A stretch of 64,000 bases of DNA from positions 124,001-188,000 of the forward strand of contig MU005965.1 in NCBI GenBank assembly GCA_010093745.1, given 5' to 3'. The notes beneath the pieces were generated by a model. That model was not told the DNA's origin. It searched no databases and worked only from the letters and a program-made list of their open reading frames with translations. Numbering within the stretch: the first letter of the stretch is position 1; the number at the start of each line of letters is the position of its first letter. The stretch is from Piedraia hortae CBS 480.64. Taxonomy: Eukaryota. This document shows, piece after piece, positions 1 through 11,621 of this stretch. Both the position numbers and the translations under genes were made by a program.

Positions 1-904
1 AGACGGTCAGGCTCTCGAGGAGGTTTCTGATGCAATCGACACTGTCAACGTGCTCAAGGCCAATCTGTATTCTGATGAAGCCCCTAAATTCGCCCACGGC
101 AAGACTGCCTCGGAATTCCGCCAATATGAAGACGCCTGCTCCCGAGTAAAGAACTTTTACCAAGACCAGCACACAAACCAAACGTATGCTTATAATGTAG
201 CCGCACGCAAAGCATTCCACTCCCGCGTCCGCGCCAGAATGACAATCTGGCAGGCCATGGAGAAGCTTAACACATTGATAGACGAGAGCGACCCCGACAC
301 AGACCTCAGCCAAATTGAGCACCTGCTCCAAAGCGCAGAAGCGATTCGACGGGACGGCAAACCGCGCTGGTTCCAGCTTACTGGTCTGATCCACGATCTA
401 GGGAAACTTCTTTACTTCTTCGATGCTCAGGGACAATGGGATGTTGTCGGTGACACTTTTCCCGTTGGCTGTGCGTTTGATGAAGACTCCATCATCTACC
501 CCGGCAGCTTTGAAAACAACCCTGACATGAAACACGAGGTTTATTCCACGAAGTATGGGGTTTACGCTCCGGGATGTGGAATGGACGAAGTGCTGCTGTC
601 CTGGGGACATGACGAGTACCTCTACAACGTTTGCAAAGAGCAGAGCACACTACCCGAGGAAGCGCTGGGGATCATCAGATACCACTCCTTCTACCCATGG
701 CATACCGCGGGAGGGTACGGTTGGATGATGAACGAAAAAGACGAGAAGATCCTGAAGGCAGTAAAAGCATTCAACCCCTACGACCTGTACAGCAAAGCGG
801 ACGGCTTACCCGACGTGCAAGAACTAAAAGCATACTACATGGACCTAATTAACGAGTTCTTCCCACCACGTGAAGGTGAGACGGAGAGAATTCTCGAATG
901 GTAA
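1..904 (+). CDS. MIOX: myo-inositol oxygenase (5' end lies upstream of the window)
   Basis: Frame open from base 2 (DGQALEEVSDAID...). Motifs DESDPD, HLLQSAEAIR, LIHDLGK, QWDVVGDTFPVGC, SWGHDEY, IRYHSFYPWH, FNPYDLYSK. Confidence 0.96.
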   Translation, partial: DGQALEEVSDAIDTVNVLKANLYSDEAPKFAHGKTASEFRQYEDACSRVKNFYQDQHTNQTYAYNVAARKAFHSRVRARMTIWQAMEKLNTLIDESDPDTDLSQIEHLLQSAEAIRRDGKPRWFQLTGLIHDLGKLLYFFDAQGQWDVVGDTFPVGCAFDEDSIIYPGSFENNPDMKHEVYSTKYGVYAPGCGMDEVLLSWGHDEYLYNVCKEQSTLPEEALGIIRYHSFYPWHTAGGYGWMMNEKDEKILKAVKAFNPYDLYSKADGLPDVQELKAYYMDLINEFFPPREGETERILEW

Positions 905-975
905 AACCATAATGACATTAACAAATCCAAACAAAACACATCCACACCATCGCCTTTCATAAACCCATATCCACA

Positions 976-1386
976 TCAATACCCATACTGAACCGTCGAC
1001 CCAGAATGGTTATCCCTCCTCTCATAGAACCCTCCTTTTCCCCCATACGCACCCGCCGACGCAGCAGCATACGAATCTCTCGATCCGGGACCAGAGTACG
1101 CGTGTCCACCATTATACCCTCCCCCTCCTCGCGCACCACCGGCAGCACCCTGTAGAATCATCGAATTCCGCTCCCTCACATGTCGCATGTATTCATTCTG
1201 AGCCGGTCCGCGCTCGGTATCGACCGACCCACCGTAGCCGTGTTTCCACCAATTCGACATGCTTGCGTGGTTGTTCGCTGACGATGACGAGTCGCCGCGG
1301 TTATACAGCCACATGAACGCTCCCACGATGGCCATTAGTGCTGCGGCCAGCACGATGCAGAGGAGCACGATTGCTGAGTGATTCAT
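976..1386 (-). CDS. small hypothetical single-pass membrane protein with Gly-rich tail
   Basis: 136 aa ATG ORF with an N-terminal hydrophobic helix (AIVLLCIVLAAALMAIVGAFMWLY), a QNEYMRHVRERN segment and a Gly/Tyr-rich C-terminus; convergent with MIOX. Confidence 0.65.
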   Translation of the reverse strand: MNHSAIVLLCIVLAAALMAIVGAFMWLYNRGDSSSSANNHASMSNWWKHGYGGSVDTERGPAQNEYMRHVRERNSMILQGAAGGARGGGGYNGGHAYSGPGSRDSYAAASAGAYGGKGGFYERRDNHSGSTVQYGY

Positions 1387-1991
1387 CGTGAATCGATGCC
1401 CTTGTTTTAGATGTCCCTGCTGTAGCTATTCCCCTATGATAGCTATCCTCCTGCTGTAGAAATGCCCAGCGATATCTCTCCCAGCTTAGCTATGCCCGGC
1501 GATAGATATTCTCTCCTAGCAATCCCCTCGTTTATCCCACTCTCTTCGAATCGCCAGCCCCTCAACTTCCAACGAGTGGTGTCCCAACAAGAGAACGGGA
1601 GGTGTTTGTAGGAAGGATGTGGTATGCTTATCGTGCTGAAGCACACGTGCGGGGGTCTATTTCTTTTTTTTTTTTTATATCTTTTAGCTAATCGACTAGG
1701 CCTGGTTGGGATACTGCATCTGCAGCCTTGCGGATGACGCGCGTCGCGTTCAAGCAACCCCGCGGTGCCGAGGTTAAAGATATCGAACTCCCACGGCTGT
1801 TCACAATTGGGATGCCACCACCTTCGTTTCACATCCTGTTCGTTGAGTGAGGTGGGCATTAGTCAGCTAAGTTTTGATGAAGGATGTCGTCTTTGACGTG
1901 TGTCATGTGGTTGCGCGTCGAAATGGCGTTCATGTGTATTCATCGGCAGGGAGCATAGAGTCGTTCCACGACAGAATGCATAGAGCAATAT

Positions 1992-4226
1992 CTAGAACCT
2001 CAAATCCCAACCAATCTTAGGCCCGATGGTAGGTAATTCCTCCGCAACAGACTGCACGTCTTTATCTCCCCTTCCAGAGAGACAGATGACGATATTGCTC
2101 TCCCTATCCATCGTTTTCGCCAACTCCCCTGCTCCGTAGACTGCATGGGATGTCTCCAACGCGGGGATAATCCCCTCTAGTTGACTCAGTAACCTGAGGC
2201 CTTTGAACGCATCCGCATCCGTAACGGCTATGAACTTCGCGCGGGAGCTATCTTTCCACTCGCTCAGTTCGGGGCCGACACCGGGGTAGTCCAGCCCAGC
2301 GGAAACGGAGTGGGTATCGCTGATTTGGCCTTCGGGTGATTGGAGGATATATGTCCTTACGCCGTGCAGGACACCGGGTTTCCCGCCGGTTAGGGTGGCT
2401 GCGTGGCGGTGAGTGTCGATTCCGTCGCCGCCAGCTTCGACTCCCAAGAGTTTTACAGAGGAGTCGGTGGAGAAGGGGTGGAACATCCCCACTGCGTTGC
2501 TGCCGCCTCCTACGCACGCGACTACGGCATCGGGAAGCTTGCCGCAGAGGTCTTTCATCTGGGCTTTGGTTTCGTTGCCGATGACGCTTTGGAAGGTGCG
2601 GACAATGGTTGGGAAGGGGTGAGGGCCAATGGCGGAGCCGATTACATAGTGCGTTGTATCGAGCTTTTCAACCCATTTGCGGAGCGCTTCGTTGACGGCG
2701 TCTCGTAAGGTACGGCTTCCGGCATCGACGGCTACAACTGATGCGCCCAAAAGCTTCATGCGGAAGACGTTGAGGGCTTGGCGCCGCACGTCTTCGGCGC
2801 CCATGAAGACGGTGCATTTCAAGCCGAAGCGGGCGCAGACAGTCGCTGTGGCTACGCCATGCTGACCTGCTCCTGTTTCGGCGATGATTTCTGTTTTGCC
2901 TAATCGTCGAGCTAGGAGGACTTGACCAATGGCATTGTTGATTTTGTGGGAGCCAGTGTGGTTGAGGTCCTCCCGCTTGAGATAGATGTTAGCTCCTTTG
3001 CCCTCGTCGGCATCTTTACGTATGTGCTCCGTCAGACGATCGGCACGGTGCAGCGACGAAGGCCGGCCCATATATGGGTAGTAACTCCTGTACTCTTCCC
3101 AGAACTTGGGATCGTTTCTTGCATTCTCGAAGCCCTTTTCCAACTCTGCCAGACAATCCATAAGCGATTCAGGAACGTATTGGCCACCGAACTCGCCGAA
3201 GCGAGACGGCATGAGCTCTGCATCTCTCTCATCCGTGTTGAGCGCGGTGAATTGGTCAGCCAGGCCAGGTCCCTCTGAACCATGACTGATTCCATCGACG
3301 TGCACTTTGTCATTAGCAGGTTCTTTAGTTGGATCTTTCACGGAAATATCCTTCAGATCACCATTTTGCTTGGACGTGATCCAACCGTCCCCATCTCCAC
3401 TAGCCGCTGTACTGACACCTGGTCCCTTGTCAGACCTCTGCGTGATCTCCCTACAATACTCTTCCACCGCCTTTGCACCTTCTCCGGCTTTTGCATTCTT
3501 CAACGTCGTGATTATCCTGCTCCCTATAACAACGCCCTCACTAATCCTCCCAACATCCACAAAATGCTCCCTCGTACTGACCCCAAAACCCACTGCTGTA
3601 GGTACTCCCCCACTAAACCTATGCACCTTTTCCACCAGCGCAGACAACCCCGAATCCATCGCCCCCTTCGATGCGCCCGTAACACCCATGCGACTGACAA
3701 CATACACAAACGAGTCAGCAATCCCACAGAGAATTTTCATCCTCTTCTCGCTCGTCGACGGCGCAATCAGCGGCACATACGACATCCCCATCTGAGCACA
3801 GTGTCCTCTAAACTTGACCGCCTCCTCCGGCGGCAAATCAACCATAATAAATCCATTAACGCCCGCCTCTTTCGCATCATTCAACATTGTCTCCTCGCCG
3901 TACGCAAGCAAAGGGTTATAATATCCCATCAACAAAACAGGAACCGTAAGGCCCTTTTGCCTCGCAGCTTTCACGATATCGAGACATGTGCGGACGCTGG
4001 TCCCGTTGGCCAACGCTTTGGTATTTGCTTCTTGGATCGTGGGGCCATCAGCGATAGGATCTGTAAACGGCGTGCCGACTTCAATGATGTCTGCGCCGCC
4101 GTTTTGGAGTCCGAGGAGGATTGAGGGTGTGTCGTCAATGGTTGGGTATCCTGCAGTTGTGTAGGCGACCAGTGCGGGACGGTTGGATGCCTTTGAGTGC
4201 GCAAAGGCTTTTTTGATCTCGTTCAT
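1992..4226 (-). CDS. TRP5: tryptophan synthase, fused alpha+beta, intronless
   Basis: Alpha part [18 protein letters not shown]; beta part [26 protein letters not shown] (PLP lysine), [28 protein letters not shown]. Confidence 0.98.
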   Translation of the reverse strand: MNEIKKAFAHSKASNRPALVAYTTAGYPTIDDTPSILLGLQNGGADIIEVGTPFTDPIADGPTIQEANTKALANGTSVRTCLDIVKAARQKGLTVPVLLMGYYNPLLAYGEETMLNDAKEAGVNGFIMVDLPPEEAVKFRGHCAQMGMSYVPLIAPSTSEKRMKILCGIADSFVYVVSRMGVTGASKGAMDSGLSALVEKVHRFSGGVPTAVGFGVSTREHFVDVGRISEGVVIGSRIITTLKNAKAGEGAKAVEEYCREITQRSDKGPGVSTAASGDGDGWITSKQNGDLKDISVKDPTKEPANDKVHVDGISHGSEGPGLADQFTALNTDERDAELMPSRFGEFGGQYVPESLMDCLAELEKGFENARNDPKFWEEYRSYYPYMGRPSSLHRADRLTEHIRKDADEGKGANIYLKREDLNHTGSHKINNAIGQVLLARRLGKTEIIAETGAGQHGVATATVCARFGLKCTVFMGAEDVRRQALNVFRMKLLGASVVAVDAGSRTLRDAVNEALRKWVEKLDTTHYVIGSAIGPHPFPTIVRTFQSVIGNETKAQMKDLCGKLPDAVVACVGGGSNAVGMFHPFSTDSSVKLLGVEAGGDGIDTHRHAATLTGGKPGVLHGVRTYILQSPEGQISDTHSVSAGLDYPGVGPELSEWKDSSRAKFIAVTDADAFKGLRLLSQLEGIIPALETSHAVYGAGELAKTMDRESNIVICLSGRGDKDVQSVAEELPTIGPKIGWDLRF

Positions 4227-4840
4227 GGCTGTGGAATGGGTAACGAAGTTTCCATGGGAATTTTTATGGAGGTGACGTCGGTGACGTCATGGACACTTTG
4301 GTGGAGTAGCGGGGAACTGTTGTGAATATGCGGTATATTACGCGTATTATTATTAGTAATCGGTGCTCGGGATCTCGACCTGACGCGTCAACTAGTTTTC
4401 CGTAGAGACTTGTATGCATACTGGTACACATCTACTCACAATTATAACACCTAACTGCCCCACATCCCTGCAACGGTCTGGACCGCATTCGTCATGACCA
4501 CGTCCCAGGGAAAACGTCCCCTGTGAGATAAAAACGCCGAGAAGTCTAGCCATGTATGCTCATGTGCTCATAGCAACGAGGCTTCATGCCAAAATTGACT
4601 TCAACCGATCCCCTCCTGTTGAATACCGTTGAGTGATTTTTCAAGTAAATCGGGCCCGAAGCGCTCTGGGGTTACAAGAGAGGCTATAGCATTGTAAAAA
4701 ACATTGTAGATCGAAACCATTACTATCACCCTACATCTCATCATTCATCCTGTTTGACGAGGTGAAGTCAAGCGGAGCTATTCCACGACTTCAGTGGGGC
4801 CAGAGTCACACAAAATTTCTCTCCACCCGCCACATTAACC

Positions 4841-6160
4841 ATGCAGCATCTGCCCACCGAGGTCCACCTAGTGATTTTCAAAAATCTAGCAGAAGATCAT
4901 GCTGCATGCTCAACATCGTCTGTAGCTGTAAGAGCCTGACGGATGCGGCTATGGACGTTTTATGGAGCGAGCCGCTGTATCATGCATTTGGGGAACCACC
5001 GAAGACAGATTTATGCTGACAAAGTCCGCACTTTGACAACTAAAAAAGCTTATTCCCCGCGTCCGCGGCCGGTTAGATCCGTATGCGTTAGCAAAGGTGA
5101 CATACATGAGATCACCAAGGAGCTCAACTTTCCTCGACTAAGGTACCTCGATCTGCAAGCGTACGAGCATTGGCAGACGAGCATGGATCATTCCAATGAG
5201 CGGTAATTGCAACCAAACGTACGGACGTTGACAATTTCGGCATCTGGTCATGAAGGGTACTTTGGGCCAGTCGTTGCCAAGTTCCCCAACATAATGAAGT
5301 CATGGATCTGTCTCAGAGTTAAGAGTACACACTGGTCATCTGGGTGGTTGCACGAGACAGTAAGGCAGTTGAAATGCTTGAAGAGCTTCGGGCTCGGATC
5401 CGGATCATACTTCCTGGATAAGGTCACCATAGACCTTGGCTTTGACCTCATATACCATATTTTCGACCTAGCCACCCGCGTAACGTCGTTTCAAGCCTCA
5501 CTATTCACCTTAAACGATGAGGTGATGAGTATTGTTGCAAGAAAATCAGCACACTCGCCATCCATTGTCACGGAGCTTAGGACCATCCTAAACTCTGATA
5601 GCACTCTACATCTCTCGCAAATCTCGCCCAACTTGTGTGCCCCTTTCACTTTGTAGCGTGGACGACAGCCAGGGTTTCCAACATATTGACTGGTTGACCA
5701 AACTTTGGTCGCTACATCTTACGTTTGATGAGTTAGTCATAATGGATTCACAACATATGAAACACCTACGAAAGCTGCTAAAGCTACAGCACCTTCAGTT
5801 TAGCGATATAGGTGCAGAAGTAAGGGCGGGTGATTTGATCGACGATGACTTTATGCGTCTCTCTAAAGCACTTGGCGACTTGAGAAATCTCAACATGAGC
5901 ATTTATCATTGCAAGCAACTCACTGCCAAGGCGATCTTCACCATCGGAAAATCCTGTCGAAAGCTACGAAGCCTCATGATTCTTTTGCTGGTGTTGACCT
6001 GCGCACCACGCCAGTCAATTGCTCGAGCGCACCTCTATTTCCCTGTCCGGAAAGTGTTCATATCTTGCACGATCACGCGACGTCATTGCTTTCGAGGTCA
6101 CACGTGAAAGACTATAGATGACGACATCTATCAGGCGATAGTGAGTCGAGCTCCATGTTG
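4841..6160 (+). pseudogene. degraded F-box/LRR-type protein gene
   Basis: ATG 4841 reads MQHLPTEVHLVIFKNL (F-box-like start) and shifts frame into ...CKSLTDAAMDVLW. Downstream fragments carry LRR-like units (FPRLRYLDL, PNVRTLTI, KLQHLQF, LRNLNMSIYHCKQLT, SCRKLRSL) split over at least four frames with stops. Confidence 0.65.
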
Positions 6161-6497
6161 AATATCCGGTGGTAAGTCGATTAACAATAATGATAATAAG
6201 TCAATACAAAGTGCTACACCCTTCCCCTTCGAGGAACGTCGTAAATAGGTACACCGATGCTTGAAACAGCACCCCTACAATCACAATACCCCTCCCACCG
6301 CACATTCTCGAAGAACCCTACCCCATCATCCCGATCCCAAACCCTTCTCGAAGTCACCACAGTCTATGCCTCCTGGCTCCTCTCTTTGGAATCAAAACAG
6401 TACGGTAAAACATTACACCACCAACCCTACACACCTAAACCTCATCCCCTGTGATGCCCTTCACATCCAAAACCGCAACCTAAAAGCGTTAGCCTCC

Positions 6498-8120
6498 TTA
6501 CCCCCCAAATCCAAAACCAAGCAAAGAAAAGAAACCCACCTTTCCCCCACTAATCTCCACCACAACCCTCCCACCAACCCACTTAACCCCCTCCACAGGC
6601 CCTCCAACCCTGCTCGTCAGTATCCCCTGGGGCATCCACTCTCCCGTCTTCCAAACACGGACATACATCTCATTCACTATCGCGAGCGCGTCCCCTTTCG
6701 GCTCCCACGCAAAGTATACTTCTCCTATGCTGTGAGGGAGGTGGAGGTCTGTAATTCTCGTGAGAGACAGCGAAGTATCCCCATTCTCATCACTTCCATC
6801 CCTCCTCAGAGCGTAAATCCCCACAAACCCCTCCTCAACTCCCACCGCAATGCACCCCTCCTTCCTCACCCTCACCTTCTCCGACGAGGGCTGAACCTTC
6901 AAATCCGCAAAGCGACTCTGCAACCTCACCCTCGCAAAACGCGCGGGAGAAGGCGTGCACATTACGAACAGCTCGTTTGATTCTGCAAAGATTAGAGCAC
7001 TCAGTGACGCATCCACAAAAACTCTCCCCTTCACCTCATTTGTCGTCGTGAAAACACATCTCAACCCCCTCGCCGTAGGCGGTTCATCATGTTCCGGCGA
7101 AAGCTCCAGAACCTCCAGCACGCCCTCGCGGGACAGCGCAAGGAATGTGTTTTCATCGATCCATTCCGCTGAGGATATATGCGTGTTTGCATATTTCGAT
7201 GCAATAATCTCCGCGTCGATTGACATTGGGTCGGTGAGGGAGAAAATTTGTAGGCATGAGATTTCGAGGTTTGAGCGGAGGAGGAGGAGGTGGGTTCCCG
7301 ATGGTGAGAAGGTTAAGGAGAAAATGTACCCCGCCGGATCGAGGAGACAGGGCGCGTGGAGGGGATAGCTACCCTTTTTGGGGGCGTGGAGCCAGATCTT
7401 TTCTGGGGGGGTGTCGTTGGAGGGGGAGGTTGCGAATGAGATGAGTGAGTTGTCGGTATTGTAGGCGAGGTTGGTGATCTGAGTGGTGGAGTCGATGTTT
7501 GGGTCGGAGGAGAGGCCGTCGAGGTCAAAGTTCGAGGGGGAGGAGAGGTAGGTGATTTCTGTGGTTGGGGGGGTGAGGGTTTGGATTCCGGTTTCGGTGA
7601 AGGTGGGATATTCGCCGTTGGCGCCCCCGTTGGGGGTAGGGACGTCTTCGACGTCGAGGTCTTGTTCTGTGTCGGGTGTTAAGCGCACGCGTTTGGGATC
7701 GGGCGCGGGAAAGTCATTGGTTTGGGAGACGTTTTGTCTTGCTGAGCCACGGACTGGAGGGGGGGCTGTCGGCTGGGTCGTATTCCTATTCACAACTGGA
7801 GGCCGGACGGTCTCCCCGGGTCGGATTGCGATCCATTCGATTTTGCGGTCTGTGTTGGAGAAGCGCGCGACTTCGCCGTCGTAGAATACTGCTGCTTGCA
7901 CTAGGCGGGGGAGTTCCTGTCGAGGGACGGCGTGCGCGAAGGGAAGGTCTTCAGGGTTGAGGATTTGTTGCTGCGCGGGACGGGATGAGGTCCAGTCTGA
8001 GTAGAAGGCGCGGGCGGAGGCCTCGTGGCCGTACTCTTGCAAGTAGCGGAAGACGAGGTAGTTGAGATGGTCCGAGTGTAGGCGCTCGTTGGGCGGAGGT
8101 TGGACGGCTGGGGCGGGCAT
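6498..8120 (-). CDS. LisH-domain protein with degenerate WD40-like C-terminus (SIF2/TBL1-like)
   Basis: N-terminal LisH motif LHSDHLNYLVFRYLQEYGHEASARAF; C-terminal beta-repeat-like segments (IFSLTFSPSGTHLL, FAWEPKGDALAI). Confidence 0.75.
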   Translation of the reverse strand: MPAPAVQPPPNERLHSDHLNYLVFRYLQEYGHEASARAFYSDWTSSRPAQQQILNPEDLPFAHAVPRQELPRLVQAAVFYDGEVARFSNTDRKIEWIAIRPGETVRPPVVNRNTTQPTAPPPVRGSARQNVSQTNDFPAPDPKRVRLTPDTEQDLDVEDVPTPNGGANGEYPTFTETGIQTLTPPTTEITYLSSPSNFDLDGLSSDPNIDSTTQITNLAYNTDNSLISFATSPSNDTPPEKIWLHAPKKGSYPLHAPCLLDPAGYIFSLTFSPSGTHLLLLRSNLEISCLQIFSLTDPMSIDAEIIASKYANTHISSAEWIDENTFLALSREGVLEVLELSPEHDEPPTARGLRCVFTTTNEVKGRVFVDASLSALIFAESNELFVMCTPSPARFARVRLQSRFADLKVQPSSEKVRVRKEGCIAVGVEEGFVGIYALRRDGSDENGDTSLSLTRITDLHLPHSIGEVYFAWEPKGDALAIVNEMYVRVWKTGEWMPQGILTSRVGGPVEGVKWVGGRVVVEISGGKVGFFSLLGFGFGG

Positions 8121-8255
8121 TGTGGTGACGTGCTGAGAGGCGCCGAACTGAATTGGATCCTGGCGCCTGTCAACGACAACGGCCCATGTGGGGTCGGATC
8201 GGTCCGGCCCTTCTCACAACGTCAATCCGTCAACAGCGCGGTTGTGAATGACACG

Positions 8256-9321
8256 ATGAGGGTCAATCTACCGCCGTTTACGCGGATTCTGCTTCTGACT
8301 GTCCTACTTCTCTCGGCGCTTAATGCTGGTTTACGGACACAAAAATGGAATGCCTTCGCCCAAAAGTCTACCCTCGCGCAAATGTCATACGATTACCTCA
8401 CGAGTCCCGTCTGGGCTGTTCCATATCTGGTCCTTGTGCCTGGGCAGAGTCTTAAATTCCCATGGACACTCATGACTGCGGCGTTGATTGAGAATAATGT
8501 GTTGAGTCTGGGTACCAGTGCGACGGCGGTGTGGTTTGGAGGTCGATATCTCGAACGTTCATGGGGAACTTCAGAGTTTGTAAAGTTTGTCGTTTTTGGC
8601 AGTGTTATACCCAATTTGGGCGCTTTTTTGGTCTATGCAGTTTGGTTTACGATGAGAAAGTGGCCCGAACAGTGAGTCTCTTGCAATATGCCCTGTTACA
8701 TGCTCACAGATATCTAGTCCCACGCCGATTCAAGGATTGATTGCTCTAGAAGCAGGATTCCTGGTAGCACTGAAACAGCTCGTTCCGGAACACACAGTCT
8801 CGTTGTTCAAAGGGAGCATTCGAGTACGAGTCAAACATTTTCCAGCTATATTTACTCTGGCGAATATCATCTCCGGACCACTGTTGGGAACGCATACTGC
8901 CATGTGGCTCTCACTGTTTGGTTTCTTAATTTCCTGGGTTTACTTACGGTTCTTCCGAATCATGGTCATCGAATCAGCCACGACTGGAGAAGGAACAACG
9001 TTCAAGGGGGATGCAAGCGACACCTTCTCGTTTGTTGCCTTCTTTCCGGATGTGATGCATCCCTTTCTCTCTCCAATTTGCGACTCCATCTACAATGTGC
9101 TGCTGCAGCTGAGGATATGCACGCCTTTCTCAGACGAGGCGGTTGAAGCGGGCACCCAGTCTGGACGATCTGCCACTCTGCCACTGAGAGAAACTGGACG
9201 CCAAGCTGAAGCAGAAAGGAGAAGGGCACTGGCTTTGAAAGCCTTGGATCAGAGACTAAACAAGCTGACGGCGGTTTCTGCCGAAGGTCAATCTCTACCC
9301 GGCCTAGCGGTTGCAGAGTGA
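8256..9321 (+). CDS. DUF1751/TMEM115-type rhomboid-superfamily membrane protein; exons 8256-8671, 8718-9321
   Basis: FPWTLMTAALIE, GRYLERSWG, LVALKQLVPEH, SWVYLRFF, GDASDTFSF, EAERRRALALKALDQRL. A 46-nt GT-AG intron (8672-8717) restores the frame. Confidence 0.9.
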
Positions 9322-9393
9322 TACAGACTACGGATACGTTTGTCTAGAATGCGGCCCATTCTCATCAATCCAATGCTCAAACACGACAGCCTT

Positions 9394-10851
9394 CTAAGTC
9401 ATCGCCCGGGCATCGCCTGATTCGCCGTCTAATCCAGACAGGTCCTGACTTGACGTGTGTTCTGCCTTGCTACCCTTACCCCGCCACGTACTCACAGCCG
9501 GAACATCGGCAAACAGCCGCTCCTCTTCGGTCTTGTAGGCGCGGGGAGTCAGCTTGATCAGACAATGCAGCGGCACTTCCATCCACGGCGATTGCTGCTG
9601 ACTGCTACCCATGAAGTAGGCGTAGATGCAGCGGAGCACCGCCTGGTGGGTAACGATCAGTGTGTTCCCCGACCGCTCCAGCTCCATAATAATGGGCTCC
9701 AGGCGAATAACCACGTCCCGGTACGACTCTCCGCCAGGATAGCGGTAGTTGTACTTGTCTTCATCACGCGCCTTGAAATCCTGAGGATACCTCTGCTCGA
9801 TTTCGGCATATGTCAAAGCATCGCACACCCCAGAGTCCAGCTCGTCCAGGGCTTTCCACGACAACTTTTCGTACGGCAAATGCTTGGCTGTCTGGGCCGT
9901 ACGCTTCAACGTCGAAGTCCACACCGTCAGCGGCAAGTCTCCGGTCGACTCCTTGACCAGCCTGGGAAGCATCTCAGCATATCGTTGGCCGCGCGGGGAA
10001 AGGTCTGCATCACCGCCAATCTGGCCGGTGATATTAAACATACTTTCCCCATGCTTTTGCCATTAGCTTAAATCACGTTTATTAAAGAAAACTCACCCTG
10101 CTGAGCCAGATGCTTCTCGGCCGAATGTGAAGATTCATGAGATAGTAGACGATGCGACTCTGGAGGTAGTCCCTGATGCGATTGATAATGACTTGAGAGC
10201 CCACGTCGATGACCTTGCAGAATGTCATGTCCGATTCGTCCTCATCGAGGGTTTCGTAGACTTTTTCGTACATTCTGATGCGATCTCTGAAGTCGCGGGC
10301 CGCTTCTTCGGGGTCCTGACCAACATAATCCGGACTCGTCAACTTCACCTCTCTGATGTTGCCCATGATGAGTTCTTCATCGTCGCATTTGGACTCTACA
10401 AATAATGTGGCGATGCCGTCTTGGTCACAACGCTCTTTGATCCAACGCCGGCGTTCTTTTGTTGAATTAGTGGCATCAAAGATGGCCGTCATGTTGTTGG
10501 GATCTTTGAACCACTTGCACATGTCGGTTACCGCGGCCTCCGCAGCAGCTCTACGCAGCCGCTCGCCTTCCTTGTTGGAGTTATCGAAAAAGGAGGCATC
10601 CGGGTGCGGAGTTGCCGTGCGTCGGTAAGATCCTACGTTGAAGCATCGAGCCGGGATACTAAGCCAGCTGAGATATCGCACGACTGGATATATGATTAGC
10701 AAGAACAAACCTTGATTGAGAATATTTTACTCTTTTGTGCGATGAGGGATTTGCCCCGAGCGGGTAATCCAACCATCACGACGCATATCTTGGTGTCCTC
10801 TGTCTGCACTCCGAGGCCAGTCGATGACCGAGAGCGGGAGCTGTCAGACAT
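9394..10851 (-). CDS. FBP26: 6-phosphofructo-2-kinase/fructose-2,6-bisphosphatase; introns 10684-10730 and 10054-10096
   Basis: P-loop MVGLPARGKS, FNVGSYRR, FDATNST; the phosphatase motif LSRHGES forms on splicing; YRYPGGESY. Confidence 0.95.
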
Positions 10852-11621
10852 GGCGGTAGCGAGTCTTGGTTATTGGAGGAATAAGGTGTGGGAACTTTCG
10901 GGCGGACTTTGCATACGCAAGAGGAAACTGGGAAGGAGCGGACAGCCAGCGACGTATTGTAGATCACGTCACCGTCGACTTTCGGAGTTGCTGACACGTG
11001 AACTTTTCGTACATCACCGGTAGACCAATGCGTGAACTGTACTGTGCAATCAGGTAGCAAGTTCTTCTTGTGAGCCACAAATCGGGCATCCTGTACATCT
11101 AGCAGTTTTGATCATCGACATATTGCAGTGCAGCAGGCCGCGCCGCTTAACTGATGAGTCTATCAAGTAAACATTGAAATACGTTACAGATGCAAGATCA
11201 CCGGGCATGCTATGCGTGAAGCATAACAGCGCTAAAGGTAGTGGAAGATCACAATATTATTTAGGTATCCTCGAGGGAAGCAATGCACCGTGGGATTACA
11301 ATCTGTTGATGATCCAGTGAAGGTAGTCTCGTTGCAGGGCCTTACAAGTACAAAATTATGGAGTATGATGACTGTGGGTTTGAAAGATAATGAATCGTGC
11401 TAGCTCGAATGACTCCCAGCTTAGGGTGGACAATGGTTGTGGACGTTGTGAATTCGTGATGGTGTGATGGTGTGACGTGACAGGTGACATGTCACCGTGA
11501 CAATTGACGGATCATCCCGTCTGCAGGGACCTGCGACGCTAGTGACGTCTCGCGTGTACCTGCAGCAACTGTATGGCAGCACCAGCAGCAAGCGCGTCTT
11601 GGTTCCGATGAAGCGACGACG

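Noticed and set aside
1662..1676. Poly-T run (also at about 20247)
   Set aside because: Simple homopolymer, no evidence of a retroposed tail or TSD.
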